Origin: Poseidonia sp.
Lineage (GTDB): Archaea; Thermoplasmatota; Poseidoniia; Poseidoniales; Poseidoniaceae
Assembly (NCBI GenBank): GCA_965661285.1
Contig: CBFIDD010000002.1
Coordinates: 1-64,000, forward strand
Length of the DNA: 64,000 bases
Reading direction: 5' to 3'
Under the pieces are notes generated by a model that did no database searches, had not been told where the DNA came from, and worked only from the letters and a program-made list of their open reading frames with translations. Shown piece by piece: positions 18,175 to 28,440 of the stretch (positions are counted from its first letter, which is position 1; each line of letters begins with the position of its first letter). The position numbers were made by a program, and so were the translations under genes.

Positions 18175-19737
18175 ATGACAACTCCAAACGTGGTGTACGA
18201 CATGGAGGAAGACCCACTTCGGCGACATCGACGATGGGTGGTGGCTCTTTTTCTGGGGCTCGCCCTGCACACGTATGCTGCATCTCACAGTGATCTCGGA
18301 CTGGATGCCCATGTGCGCTTGAACGCGCTGAACGATGAGGTTACGCAAGGGCAAGACCTGACTTGGGGCTCCCCCCGCATCAGCGGCTCATCCACACTGA
18401 ACACCACCTCGGATTATGACGGCTACATTCCCCCTTGGAACACGACCGAGGCCTCGATGAAGGTGACCGCTGTTCTCTCCCTTGTGCTGGTTGCGGGGTT
18501 GGTGTCCTTGCGTCCTCGCCGGCACGGCCAACGGCCTCGATTTGACCCCATGTGGGGGGCCATGTTGATGTTGAGTCCTGTGCTGATGTTTTCAACGAGT
18601 CGAGGGTACGATGAAGCACCGCTTGCACTTCTCATGGGACTTGGCGTTTCCGGGTATTGGTTTCACCGTGGTGAAACCGCATCGCAGCAACGTCTGAACG
18701 GCGTTCTCATGGCGACATCAGTTATGTTGGTCATGGTTTGGAAAGGATTTTCTCCGTGGCTTTCTGCCTTACTTTGGCTGGTCATCCTCCTCCTTGCGGA
18801 AGCATGGGTGCGCATCAGTCGAACAACCCGCGTTGCCCAACAGGAACGGTGGTACACACAACCCTGGACGGTCGGATTGCTCGTGTTTGCTCTGGTTTAC
18901 CTCGGCATCACCATCATCGGTTTCTTTTCGTCAACAGGTACATTTTCTGTCATTGGTGAACGCCCGCTCCACTTCGCATTCGCCTCGATGTTCGCATTCA
19001 TTGATGCTGTGGTTCTGTATCTTTTGGTCGGGTGCTTTTTGTGGTCCTTCATCGCTCAACGATGGGCCCATTTGCGCCATGCCCGCGGCCCCGGTTTTAC
19101 CATGTTGGTGGCCTACATCGGTGCCTTGCTGGCAGGAATTGTCGCCTACATTGCCTCGCTATGGACGCTCGAGGCTTGGTTGTGGGGAATGAAGTTGCCT
19201 CAGGTCATGATCATCCTTGGCAACAATGGACGATACGCAACGCTGCTGTTGGTCCCTATGGTAGCGCTGCTTCGCTGGGCTGATGATGAGGCGCTTCCAC
19301 AAACCACCGTCACGTCTCGACCGCAGTTGCGTGCTGTCATGTTGGTGCTCCCCTTTCTTCTCTTTACCACGCTCGTCGGACACCAGATTTGGTCCGAGGA
19401 CGCAGGGGAGGCCCTCGCTGAAACATGGGGTGATGACGACGACACGTTCCTCCTTATCGCTCCAGAATCCATGGCTGTTCACCATTTGTACGTCGTGAAA
19501 ACCAATCTCGACCTTACCGGTACTGAATCCATTCAAGGGTGGTGGTCCACATCAGAAGAAGCAGGTCGTGTCATGGATGAGCATGCTTCGGTCATTGACT
19601 ATGTGCTCGTTGCGCCATCATCCTCTGTTCAGTTCAATGCTTCATCATGGGTCCTTGTCGAATCACGCGATGTTCCCGTTTCGATTCCAGCTGGTATACA
19701 GGATGGAGAATGGATGTTGTATCGTGCTGCGATGTAA
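18175..19737 (+). CDS. multi-pass membrane protein, possibly GT-C-fold glycosyltransferase-like
   Basis: About 11 TM segments, loop motifs SRGYDEAP and NNGRY, and a soluble C-terminal domain; start could be 18202. Confidence 0.7.
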   Translation: MTTPNVVYDMEEDPLRRHRRWVVALFLGLALHTYAASHSDLGLDAHVRLNALNDEVTQGQDLTWGSPRISGSSTLNTTSDYDGYIPPWNTTEASMKVTAVLSLVLVAGLVSLRPRRHGQRPRFDPMWGAMLMLSPVLMFSTSRGYDEAPLALLMGLGVSGYWFHRGETASQQRLNGVLMATSVMLVMVWKGFSPWLSALLWLVILLLAEAWVRISRTTRVAQQERWYTQPWTVGLLVFALVYLGITIIGFFSSTGTFSVIGERPLHFAFASMFAFIDAVVLYLLVGCFLWSFIAQRWAHLRHARGPGFTMLVAYIGALLAGIVAYIASLWTLEAWLWGMKLPQVMIILGNNGRYATLLLVPMVALLRWADDEALPQTTVTSRPQLRAVMLVLPFLLFTTLVGHQIWSEDAGEALAETWGDDDDTFLLIAPESMAVHHLYVVKTNLDLTGTESIQGWWSTSEEAGRVMDEHASVIDYVLVAPSSSVQFNASSWVLVESRDVPVSIPAGIQDGEWMLYRAAM

Positions 19738-19787
19738 TTCTTGATTCGCGAAGCGATTATATCCGCTTGGCTGGTGGCCCGACCACT

Positions 19788-19862
19788 GCCACCGTGGCTT
19801 AGGGGTATAGCACCTCATTGGTAATGAGGAGGTCGCGAGTTCAAATCTCGCCGGTGGCTCCA
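19788..19862 (+). tRNA. tRNA-Thr(GGT), CCA encoded
   Basis: Acceptor GCCACCG/CGGTGGC, anticodon stem CCTCA-TTGGTAA-TGAGG, T-loop GTTCAAATC, 3' TCCA; TATA-like ATTATAT upstream. Confidence 0.95.
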
Positions 19863-19980
19863 CCGCCCGTGTCGTTGAATACACTGGAAATAGACTCGCT
19901 TTCGGAATTTTTACCTCAATGTATAAGAGGCGATTTTTCAAGTTTCCAATTGAGAAGGCGACTTCTCAGATGGGATGCAC

Positions 19981-20166
19981 ATGGAGCGAAAGCAACAACA
20001 AAATGAGGACATGCAACGACGGGTGAAGGAACTTCAAAACCAGGTCGACGAACTGAAAGAACTGGTGAACACGTTGCTCAGCGTGATTGTGGAAGAGCCA
20101 GATGGCGTTCACAGTGGCGCTGCACCCACCATTCCCGGCCAAGGAATGATGGAAGTCTGCATGTGA
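19981..20166 (+). CDS. small coiled-coil hypothetical protein
   Basis: Heptad pattern MQRRVKELQNQVDELKELVNTLL; own TATA-like GTATAAG at 19921; stop abuts the rtcB stop. Confidence 0.6.
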   Translation: MERKQQQNEDMQRRVKELQNQVDELKELVNTLLSVIVEEPDGVHSGAAPTIPGQGMMEVCM

Positions 20167-21642
20167 TCATCCCTTGATGACGGCAAGTGGATTCATTCGG
20201 GCGACCGGCCGTGCAAGGCCTGCCTTAGCCGTGAGGCGTATCACTTCATCCACGTCCTTGTAGGCGTCAGGTGCTTCCTCCGAGAGGACATTTGGTGTTG
20301 ATGCGTGGACCCGCACACCTTGGAGTTCGAGATTCCGTTTCAGTGCCTTTCCATCGAGTGTCTTCTTCGCCTGACTTCGGGAAAGCGCTCGACCGGCGCC
20401 GTGGCAAGACGAGCCAAACGCCATGTTGCTCCCTTGTCGTGGACCGGCCATGATCCATGAGCCATTGCCCATGTCGCCGGGAACAACCACCGGTTGTCCT
20501 GTTGTTGAGAAGGTGGCGCCGATATCAGCATGATCTCCTCCAAATGCACGGGTGGCACCTTTTCTGTGGACGCAACAGGAACAGGATTTTCCATGAATGA
20601 CATGGGTTTCCATCTTGGCGATGTTGTGGGCGACATCGTAGAGCGTCCTCGCTTCACCGTCAACGCCCATCTCGAGTTTCAAGACCGTTCGTAGTCGCTC
20701 TGCCAAGACGGCACGGTTTGCAAAGGCGAAATTTGCCGCAGCATTCATCGCATCAAGGTAGGCTTGACCTTCACGTGAATGAACCGGTGCAGATGCGAGT
20801 TGCCTGTCCGGGAGGGCATAATCCCACTTCTCATTGTGCCACATGCCATCGTGTTGCTTGTAGGTCGCCTCCAATTTCCGAACATGGTCGGTGCAAACCT
20901 GGTGGCCCAAACCACGACTCCCGGAATGAATCATCGCTACGACTTGGTCCTCATACAGGCCCCATGCAGTGGCGGTTGCTTCGTCGACGACGCTGCCAAC
21001 GGTCTGCAACTCCAGGAAATGGTTGCCGCTACCAAGTGTGCCCAAGGATTTCATGCCGCGCTCGAGAGCACGCTGAGACACATCCGCCTCTCGTGTCTCG
21101 AGCAGGCCGCTTGATTCCAGCACGTCAAGGTCGGCGTGATGCCCGTGGCCAAGGTCCACGGCAGCATGGGCTCCTCGCTGCAAGATGTCGTTCAGGTCTG
21201 AGCGGCTGATGTCCACGCCTCCTTTCCCTGAGCCCCCGGCAGGGATGCGTCCTGCGAGTCTTCCGGCCAACTTCTTGAGATTGGGAATGTCGTTGGCCGT
21301 GGCATCAAGCGCCAAAAACCGAACACCGCAGTTGATGTCAAATCCAACACCGCCTGGCGATATCGCACCGCCCATGTCGCCAAATTCCGTATCCGTCGCC
21401 ACCACGCCACCAATCGGGAATCCGTAGCCATAATGCCAGTCGGCCATGGCCCATGCTTCACCCACGATGCCCGGGAGGGAGGCGGTATTGACCAACTGTT
21501 CTGGGCCACGGTCATCTGCGTGTCGTTCCATGTGGTCGCTATCGGTGATCAACCGTGCATCGACCTTCATCTGGCCGTGGGCCTTGATTCGCATGGTGCC
21601 GTCGCCCTCGTCAACGAGGTGTTGGCGCCATGATGGTTCCAT
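20167..21642 (-). CDS. rtcB: RNA-splicing ligase RtcB
   Basis: DWHYGYGFPIGGV, GFDINCG, GSGNHFLE, HSGSRG, HRKGAT, SSCHGAGR, EEAPDAYKDV. Confidence 0.96.
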   Translation of the reverse strand: MEPSWRQHLVDEGDGTMRIKAHGQMKVDARLITDSDHMERHADDRGPEQLVNTASLPGIVGEAWAMADWHYGYGFPIGGVVATDTEFGDMGGAISPGGVGFDINCGVRFLALDATANDIPNLKKLAGRLAGRIPAGGSGKGGVDISRSDLNDILQRGAHAAVDLGHGHHADLDVLESSGLLETREADVSQRALERGMKSLGTLGSGNHFLELQTVGSVVDEATATAWGLYEDQVVAMIHSGSRGLGHQVCTDHVRKLEATYKQHDGMWHNEKWDYALPDRQLASAPVHSREGQAYLDAMNAAANFAFANRAVLAERLRTVLKLEMGVDGEARTLYDVAHNIAKMETHVIHGKSCSCCVHRKGATRAFGGDHADIGATFSTTGQPVVVPGDMGNGSWIMAGPRQGSNMAFGSSCHGAGRALSRSQAKKTLDGKALKRNLELQGVRVHASTPNVLSEEAPDAYKDVDEVIRLTAKAGLARPVARMNPLAVIKG

Positions 21643-21765
21643 GGCTCGTGGTTCAAACAATGGGATTTGAGCCTTTGCACAACCCATCAACTCAGACGCG
21701 TATCAACACAGGCTTGAAGGGGGGTCTCTCCTTGGCGAGAACATCCAACATGGAGGGACTTCTGC

Positions 21766-24612
21766 ATGGCGTTGCCACCGATTGATTTGGCCGTTTTTCA
21801 CGACAATGGCTATGTTCGGAAGCAGTGTAGGGTGACCTCACTCTGGTTTTGGACGTGCGATGAAGCACGAGAGACCTGCGGAGATACACCTGAAGATGAA
21901 TACACCTTCATCGGCGCTCCACTTATCGACGGCTTCTCCCAGCGTGGTAAAGCCCTCAAGGACGCCATGCGTGAAGCGTTTCTCGGCTTCTTCGAACAGC
22001 GGGACCACGTCCGCATTGCCCCCTATCCGGTCCTCGCACGCTGGCGGGACGATATTCACTTGACCATTGCTTCAATCGCTGACTTCCAGCCCCACGTCAC
22101 GTCGGGCGAAGTTCAACCTCCTGCCAACCCTCTCGCCGTTTCTCAGCCTTGCATTCGCCTCACGGATGTTGATGCAGTTGGCCGTTCAGGCCGGCATTTG
22201 ACAACCTTTGAGATGATGGCCCACCACGTGTTTAACCGACCTGAAGACGGGGTTGAGATTTACTGGATGGAACGATGTGTTGAGCACTGCCATCGCATGC
22301 TAACCGAGACCTTCGGTATCGATGCTGGTGAAATCACTTACGTCGAGAATCCATGGTGCGGTGGGGGGAATGCAGGCGCCGCTGTGGAGGTTATTGTTGG
22401 TGGATTGGAGTTGGCTACACTGGTGTTCATGGACATGGAAGAACATCCTGACGGCGATGTTGAACTCAAGGGCGACCGGTATCGCACGATGCCACTCCAG
22501 ATTATTGACACCGGATACGGTCTCGAACGGTTTTGTTGGGCCGCTGCCGGAACGCCTACCATCTATGAGGCCATTTACCCCGAAACGGTGGCATGGCTGA
22601 AAGAGATTTCAGGCTTTGACAGCGTTGCAAACCAGTGGACTTCCCTTGACCTTGACCGCCTCCTCAGCGAGATGTCGAGATTGAACGGCATCATGAACAT
22701 CGAAGCAGGTGTTGACGGGGAGAAATTGGTCAACATTTTCTTGCAAAAACTTGCCGAGCGGGGCGTCGAGGTCACGAGTGAACAGTTCTCGTCGGTCACC
22801 GAACCGTTGGCAAACATCTACGCTATTCCAGACCACCTCCACGCCCTTTGCAACATGTTGGGCGATGGCCTGGTCCCCTCCAATGCCAAAGCCGGCTACC
22901 TCGCACGCATGCTTGCGCGCAGGGTTCTCCGAATGCGCGACGAACTCGGTCTTGATGTGCCACTTGCAGAACTGGCAGCTCACCACCTTGAGGTGAATCT
23001 GGGTGGCCAATTGAACAAGCAAACACGGGAGGGCCTTCTCATGATTCTCACGCTGGAAGAGGAGCGCTATGCCGAAATGCTGCGAAAGGGAACCAACGTC
23101 ATTCAAACCCAACTCAAATCTGTTCCAAATGATGCTACCGAAATTCCGGATGAACTTCTCTTCACCATGAACGACTCGCATGGCTTGGCTCCCGATATGG
23201 CCATCACCCTCGCACGCAACGCCGGTTGGGGTTCGGTCTCCCTACGCACGGGCTTCTCAGCGGAAATGGCCGAACGCCATGCGCAAATGGCCAAAGAAGC
23301 GGCCAAAGCTTCGACAGATGGAAAGGCTGTTCTCGATGTCGCTTCTCACCCTGCAACATCGCCTCTTTACTACGACGCTGTCTACACCTCCTCATTTGAA
23401 GCACATGTCTTGGATTGCCTTCCAGCACAAGACCACGGTCCTGATGGTGCCACGCACGCCGTGATCCTTAACGCCACGCTGTTCTATCCTGAGGGCGGTG
23501 GCCAAGAAGGCGACCGTGGCGAACTCATTCAAGGCCAAACGAGTGTCAAGGTCCTTGATACACAAAAAAGTGGCCACGTCATCGTCCACTTCACCAACGG
23601 TCCGCTCACGCCCTCTCAGGAGGTCACAGGTGATCTGGATTGGAAACGCAGAAAGCAGTTGATGGACCACCACACGGCGGTTCACATCGTCGGCGGTGCG
23701 GCTCGAAGGCTCCTTGGACCGCACATTTTCCAAGCCGGGTCTCACCTAACGGTTGAAAGCGGCCGCCTTGACATCACGCACTATCACCGTCTGACTCGCG
23801 CCGACCTCGACGCGATGGAAGACATGGCCAACGAGGTCCTCAGTGAAGTCCGGTCAACTGAAAAAACCGAACTCAATCGCAGGGATGCTGATATCGTCCA
23901 TGGCTTTGATTTGTATCAAGGTGGGGCTCCCAAGGGCGACTCCATTCGTATTTTGAAAATCGCAGACCATGACATCCAGGCCTGTGGGGGAACGCACCAC
24001 GATGAACCAGGACAGATTGGTTCCATTCGGATTGTTCGCTCATCTGCCGTTCAGGACGGTGTTGAGCGACTCCACATCGTTGCTGGCGAGGCTGCGCTTG
24101 CGTATGCTCGTTTGCAAGATGACCTTGTTCGCAAGTCGAGTGAGGTTTTCGGCGTGCACAGTGATGACTTGCCGAAGGCTGCGGCGCGATTCTTCAAAGA
24201 GTGGAAAGAACAGCGAAAACTGATCGAGCAACTCGAATCCGAAATTGTTCGCTTGAGGACCAGTGGTGGAGGCGATGCGTCAACCGACGTTGAAGGTGTA
24301 CGTGTCGTGATAATGGAGATTGACGGTGATTTGAAATCAATGACGTCGATGATGAAAGAATTGACCCTTGACCCTTCCAAACCGACGCTCGCTGTTCTTG
24401 GTTCCCGGGACGGTGGAGGGAAATTGATGATCGCCGTCACCGAAAACACCCCAGCGAGTGAACGGTACAACGCCGTTGATTTGCTTCGCTCAATTTCATC
24501 CCATATTCGAGGTGGTGGTGGCGGACGTCCCACCTTTGCCCAAGGCGGTGGGTCACATGCGGAAGGTCTCGATGATGCTCTCGATGCAGCTCGCCAGCAA
24601 TTGGGCGTCTGA
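21766..24612 (+). CDS. alaS: alanine--tRNA ligase (archaeal type)
   Basis: RWRDDIHLTIASIADFQP, GRHLTTFEMMAHH, IDTGYGLER, editing HHTAVH and ACGGTH, C-terminal GGGGGRPTFAQGG. Confidence 0.97.
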   Translation: MALPPIDLAVFHDNGYVRKQCRVTSLWFWTCDEARETCGDTPEDEYTFIGAPLIDGFSQRGKALKDAMREAFLGFFEQRDHVRIAPYPVLARWRDDIHLTIASIADFQPHVTSGEVQPPANPLAVSQPCIRLTDVDAVGRSGRHLTTFEMMAHHVFNRPEDGVEIYWMERCVEHCHRMLTETFGIDAGEITYVENPWCGGGNAGAAVEVIVGGLELATLVFMDMEEHPDGDVELKGDRYRTMPLQIIDTGYGLERFCWAAAGTPTIYEAIYPETVAWLKEISGFDSVANQWTSLDLDRLLSEMSRLNGIMNIEAGVDGEKLVNIFLQKLAERGVEVTSEQFSSVTEPLANIYAIPDHLHALCNMLGDGLVPSNAKAGYLARMLARRVLRMRDELGLDVPLAELAAHHLEVNLGGQLNKQTREGLLMILTLEEERYAEMLRKGTNVIQTQLKSVPNDATEIPDELLFTMNDSHGLAPDMAITLARNAGWGSVSLRTGFSAEMAERHAQMAKEAAKASTDGKAVLDVASHPATSPLYYDAVYTSSFEAHVLDCLPAQDHGPDGATHAVILNATLFYPEGGGQEGDRGELIQGQTSVKVLDTQKSGHVIVHFTNGPLTPSQEVTGDLDWKRRKQLMDHHTAVHIVGGAARRLLGPHIFQAGSHLTVESGRLDITHYHRLTRADLDAMEDMANEVLSEVRSTEKTELNRRDADIVHGFDLYQGGAPKGDSIRILKIADHDIQACGGTHHDEPGQIGSIRIVRSSAVQDGVERLHIVAGEAALAYARLQDDLVRKSSEVFGVHSDDLPKAAARFFKEWKEQRKLIEQLESEIVRLRTSGGGDASTDVEGVRVVIMEIDGDLKSMTSMMKELTLDPSKPTLAVLGSRDGGGKLMIAVTENTPASERYNAVDLLRSISSHIRGGGGGRPTFAQGGGSHAEGLDDALDAARQQLGV

Positions 24613-25332
24613 TTACAGCAGGCTTCGAAGGGCTTCTCGGTCAAAATGCGAAACCGCTTGTTGGTGGGCCTTTTGGGGTGAAAACCAAGCGGCCTGTGAA
24701 ATCTCTTCGGTTTGAAGGGTTAAATCGCTCAGATCACCGGTCCACGTCGCACGATATGTGAACGATACGAACGAGATGCCTTCATCGTTGAAGACGCGTT
24801 GAGTGATCACCGGTTCAATGTCGTCGAGCACGATCGTGATACCCAATTCTTCACGTGTTTCTCGCACACATCCAACCGCAGGATGTTCGTTATGGTCCAT
24901 GTAGCCACCTGGCAAGGTCCAGAACCCATGGAAATGCCCCCGTTCCACCTTGCCCATCAGAACATCCCCCTCGGCGTTGCATATCATGACCTTCGAGACC
25001 AATCGGTGAACGGAGCGGTAAATCGCATCTCGGGCAACGGGGTGAACGGCGTTATCAGCCACACACTTGTCCTTCCATGCCCATGCTTCGGGCCAGTCTA
25101 TGTTCGGGTAGGCCTTCACCACAACGAAGGCGTCTTCACCGTACTGCAACACGATACGTTCGTTCTCAACATAGGCGATGTTCAAATTCTCAACTTCATC
25201 TTTGGTCGGAAACCGAAGGCGTTCCTCCGATGATGTCCGTCCTTGCACGGGTTGTTGAGGTCCCTGGCCGTTCTTGTCCACCAAGAGCACCTTTCCGTCG
25301 TGCTCAAGGTACACGACTTCAGCTGGGTGCAT
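24613..25332 (-). CDS. NUDIX hydrolase with N-terminal extension
   Basis: Nudix box WTLPGGYMDHNEHPAVGCVRETREELG. Confidence 0.85.
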   Translation of the reverse strand: MHPAEVVYLEHDGKVLLVDKNGQGPQQPVQGRTSSEERLRFPTKDEVENLNIAYVENERIVLQYGEDAFVVVKAYPNIDWPEAWAWKDKCVADNAVHPVARDAIYRSVHRLVSKVMICNAEGDVLMGKVERGHFHGFWTLPGGYMDHNEHPAVGCVRETREELGITIVLDDIEPVITQRVFNDEGISFVSFTYRATWTGDLSDLTLQTEEISQAAWFSPQKAHQQAVSHFDREALRSLL

Positions 25333-25423
25333 GCTGACTCCAGACCCTCATGCGTCAAGAAGACTCCCTTTTTGCGGGCTTTCTTCATCAATGTTCAAAG
25401 CAGTCCACTTGCTGGATTGGTTC

Positions 25424-26134
25424 ATGCGATTCGAACAACTCAACGAAGGCATCTGGGCGATGACCTACCTTATCGTCGATGAAGCCACCAAAAAAGCAGC
25501 GCTTGTCGACCCGGTGTACGACTACCTCGACACCTACCTCAACCTCCTTGAGGAACAAAATCTGACGCTCGTGTATGCCATTGCGACGCACACCCATGCT
25601 GACCACATCACGGCGTGTTTTTCTCTCCGAGAACAACTGGGTTGCGATTACGTGATGTCCCATGAGACCGCCAGTCTGGGCGTGAGCATGTACGTGGACG
25701 ACGAGGAAAAAATCATGCTGGGTTCAATTCCAATCCAATTCCATGCTGCGCCCGGCCATACCAATGATTCGATGATCGTTCACGTTCCGGGCTATATGAT
25801 GACAGGTGATTTCCTCTTCAACGGTGAAGGCGGGGTCGGCAGAGACGATTTGCCAAGCGGTCGGGTTCGCATCCACTGGGATGCGTTGTCCGTTCTTGAA
25901 CGATTCGAAGGCGACACGATTGTCTGTTCGGGGCACGAACCTCCCGGAACCACCATGATGTCGTTGGCGTGGAACCGAGAGAACAACCCGATTCTTTCGA
26001 TGACCTCGTTCGAAGTGTTTCGGGATTGGCAATCTGCATCAGCAGCAAAACTCGGCAGCGTCTCAAAAATCAAAACGGCCATTCCCGCCAACCTTTTCGC
26101 CGAGGTTCCAGAGACCATTCCGTGGCTCCAATGA
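25424..26134 (+). CDS. MBL-fold metallo-hydrolase (persulfide dioxygenase/glyoxalase II-like)
   Basis: TYLIVD, VDPV, THTHADHIT, PGHT, TGDFLF, GRDD, GHE; TTCAAA element 30 nt before ATG 25424. Confidence 0.85.
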   Translation: MRFEQLNEGIWAMTYLIVDEATKKAALVDPVYDYLDTYLNLLEEQNLTLVYAIATHTHADHITACFSLREQLGCDYVMSHETASLGVSMYVDDEEKIMLGSIPIQFHAAPGHTNDSMIVHVPGYMMTGDFLFNGEGGVGRDDLPSGRVRIHWDALSVLERFEGDTIVCSGHEPPGTTMMSLAWNRENNPILSMTSFEVFRDWQSASAAKLGSVSKIKTAIPANLFAEVPETIPWLQ

Positions 26135-26136
26135 CC

Positions 26137-27291
26137 TCATTTTTTGAGCGGATTTTTTGGCGCTTTGGTGTCCTTTGGAATCGTTGGTAAATTCTGGAGT
26201 TCCTCGAACGTCATTTGCTGGTGCTTGATCGTTTCAAACGCCGACAGACGTTCATCCATGCCCATTCGGACGGTGAAGTCGATGCGACCCTTTGTCCGGG
26301 TGAGGTCATAGGAAAGTGGTTCAAGGAACTCAATAACCTGCTCTTCGAATTCCTGTCGGACCCGCTTGCCACGCCACGACGAATAGCCCCAACGGTATGA
26401 AATTCCAACGATGGCTGCTCCGTAGAGGAGGGTGAGGACCACGGTGGCAAAGAGAACAGGATTCCCGCCAACATCCCTCGACTCCTCGAGCAGATTTCGG
26501 CCCAGCAAGAACAGAAGACCGATGCCGACAATGGGGTTGAGCACGCCTTCAAGCCACTGGTTGACGGGCACCAAACGTGCTTTTGCAGGGTCGACGAACA
26601 CCAGATCAGCTTCAAACGCTGTATTCAACACGGAAAGCACCGAGAGGAGGACCATGTAAAGGAACGAGGAAACAAGGAGTTCGACCATGAGTGAGTCAAG
26701 ATTGAACACCCAGTGGACGATAAGCCACGCAAAGAGTCCTAAGAAAGCCGCTTGGGGTACATAGTTGAAGTGCTCAATGTGTTGGGAGAATTCGGTCAAT
26801 GACGTACGCTTTTCACGACTCCCTCGATGTGGTTTAGGGATGTGGATGACCTGCCAGTGAAGCAGACGTTCGATGGCTCTGAGGCTCCAGATCAGGAGTT
26901 TACGCCGAATCAGGAGGTACTCCATGAACAACATGAACGGAAAGCCAATCAAAATCAACGGCAGGGCCATGATGGCGGACAGGGGCAAGATGAGAAGGGC
27001 AGGCAATAACAAAAAGTGAGAGAGTGTGAGTGGGTGGAGCATTTCGGCCTCGATAAGTCGCTGCTTGGAGGGTGGGATGCGGAGGTTTCGCGCGATGTCG
27101 TCGAGCGTTTGGGAAAACGAGGCGACCTGATGGCCCGAGTCAAGGATTTGGCGGACCACGGTTCGATATTCGGAGACCTCATGGCCAACCCCCACCCAAA
27201 ACTGCCAAGCAAGCCGCATCGGGAGCGCCAAAAGGAGGGGCAACGCAAGGATGCCTGCACTCCAGAGCAGTTCCTGAACCGCGGATTCCAT
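26137..27291 (-). CDS. hypothetical multi-pass membrane protein
   Basis: 384-aa ORF with several hydrophobic helices. Confidence 0.75.
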   Translation of the reverse strand: MESAVQELLWSAGILALPLLLALPMRLAWQFWVGVGHEVSEYRTVVRQILDSGHQVASFSQTLDDIARNLRIPPSKQRLIEAEMLHPLTLSHFLLLPALLILPLSAIMALPLILIGFPFMLFMEYLLIRRKLLIWSLRAIERLLHWQVIHIPKPHRGSREKRTSLTEFSQHIEHFNYVPQAAFLGLFAWLIVHWVFNLDSLMVELLVSSFLYMVLLSVLSVLNTAFEADLVFVDPAKARLVPVNQWLEGVLNPIVGIGLLFLLGRNLLEESRDVGGNPVLFATVVLTLLYGAAIVGISYRWGYSSWRGKRVRQEFEEQVIEFLEPLSYDLTRTKGRIDFTVRMGMDERLSAFETIKHQQMTFEELQNLPTIPKDTKAPKNPLKK

Positions 27292-27392
27292 GCTGCAACC
27301 TCGTCATGCCGACTTGCTTGGGGTTGTTGAAAACAACGGTCGTTCCACGGGTCAATCCGAATGTTCTAACGCCTTCGGGTGTTGTTCCGACC

Positions 27393-28376
27393 ATGGCTAA
27401 GATTGCCGTCACCGACGGGATGGATGAAAAAGCGGTTGCACAGCTCGAAAAAGCCGGTCACGAGGTGGTCCTCGGGCATATCGATCAGGACGCACTGCTC
27501 CAAGGAGCCCTGCAGTCCTTTGATGCCATCATCGTTCGAAGTGCAACCAAACTCACCAAGGACGTCTTGGAGGCTTCCGGAGAGCGCCTTGCAGTCATCG
27601 GTCGGGCTGGCGTGGGTGTTGACAACATTGACTTGAAGACAGCCGGTTCTCTGGGCATACGTGTCGTCAACGCTCCTCGTGCCAGTACCCAGTCGGTCGT
27701 CGAGCTCACCTTGGGCCATCTTCTGGCCTCCATCCGTCATCTCCCCCGGGCCGATCGCAGTCTTCGAGACGGGAAGTGGGAAAAGAAAGCCATGAAGGGG
27801 TCAGAACTTTCCGGAAAAGCTCTCGGTCTCATCGGTTTTGGCCGAATTGCTCAATCGGTTGGCCGAATTGCTCAAGCCATTGGAATGGAAGTCCACGCCT
27901 ACGACCCCTACCTCCCTCCAAAGGTAGCGAAAGCCCAAGACACACGGCTGCACAAAACATTGGAGTCGTTGTTCTCCAATTGCACCCACATCTCCATTCA
28001 CTGCAACCTGACGGAAGAAACCCATCACCTCGTCAACGCCGAGCGGATTGCCTCCATGCCCCACATCGGCAAAGACGGGGCTCGTTGTGGGAGTCACATC
28101 GTCAATTGTGCTCGAGGCGGTATTGTCGACGAAGATGCCGTCCTCGCTGCTCTTGAATCGGGCACGCTCACGTCGGCAGCCTTGGACGTCTTTGAGGACG
28201 AACCGGTCCCACCGGACCACCCGCTCCTCCAGATGGAGCACTTTCACGGCACGCCACACATCGGGGCTGCTACCGTTGAGGCACAAGAGCGGGTCGGCAC
28301 CGATATCGCTACCAACGTGATGGCCGTCCTCGCAGGTCGCCCGTGTGATTTTGTGGTCAATTCCAACTTCTTGTAG
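27393..28376 (+). CDS. serA: D-3-phosphoglycerate dehydrogenase / D-2-hydroxyacid dehydrogenase (no ACT domain)
   Basis: IVRSATK, GRAGVGVDNID, GLIGFGRIA, VNCARGGIVDE, LDVFEDEP, TPHIGAAT.EAQ. Confidence 0.85.
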   Translation: MAKIAVTDGMDEKAVAQLEKAGHEVVLGHIDQDALLQGALQSFDAIIVRSATKLTKDVLEASGERLAVIGRAGVGVDNIDLKTAGSLGIRVVNAPRASTQSVVELTLGHLLASIRHLPRADRSLRDGKWEKKAMKGSELSGKALGLIGFGRIAQSVGRIAQAIGMEVHAYDPYLPPKVAKAQDTRLHKTLESLFSNCTHISIHCNLTEETHHLVNAERIASMPHIGKDGARCGSHIVNCARGGIVDEDAVLAALESGTLTSAALDVFEDEPVPPDHPLLQMEHFHGTPHIGAATVEAQERVGTDIATNVMAVLAGRPCDFVVNSNFL

Positions 28377-28440
28377 CACTTTCACTTTCAACACCCGGGT
28401 CTGGCATAAGCATGCCGTGCTCCTTCGGGCTGAGCGTGTC

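Noticed and set aside
18074-19862. tRNA-bounded genomic island or integrated element
   Set aside because: No integrase and no duplicated tRNA 3' end; the shared GAGTTCAAATCTC is just the T-arm of two complete tRNAs.
20167-21642. RtcB plus nearby tRNAs as a dedicated RNA-repair or defence module
   Set aside because: RtcB is the standard archaeal tRNA ligase, both tRNAs lack introns, and no archease, Ro or toxin gene is adjacent.
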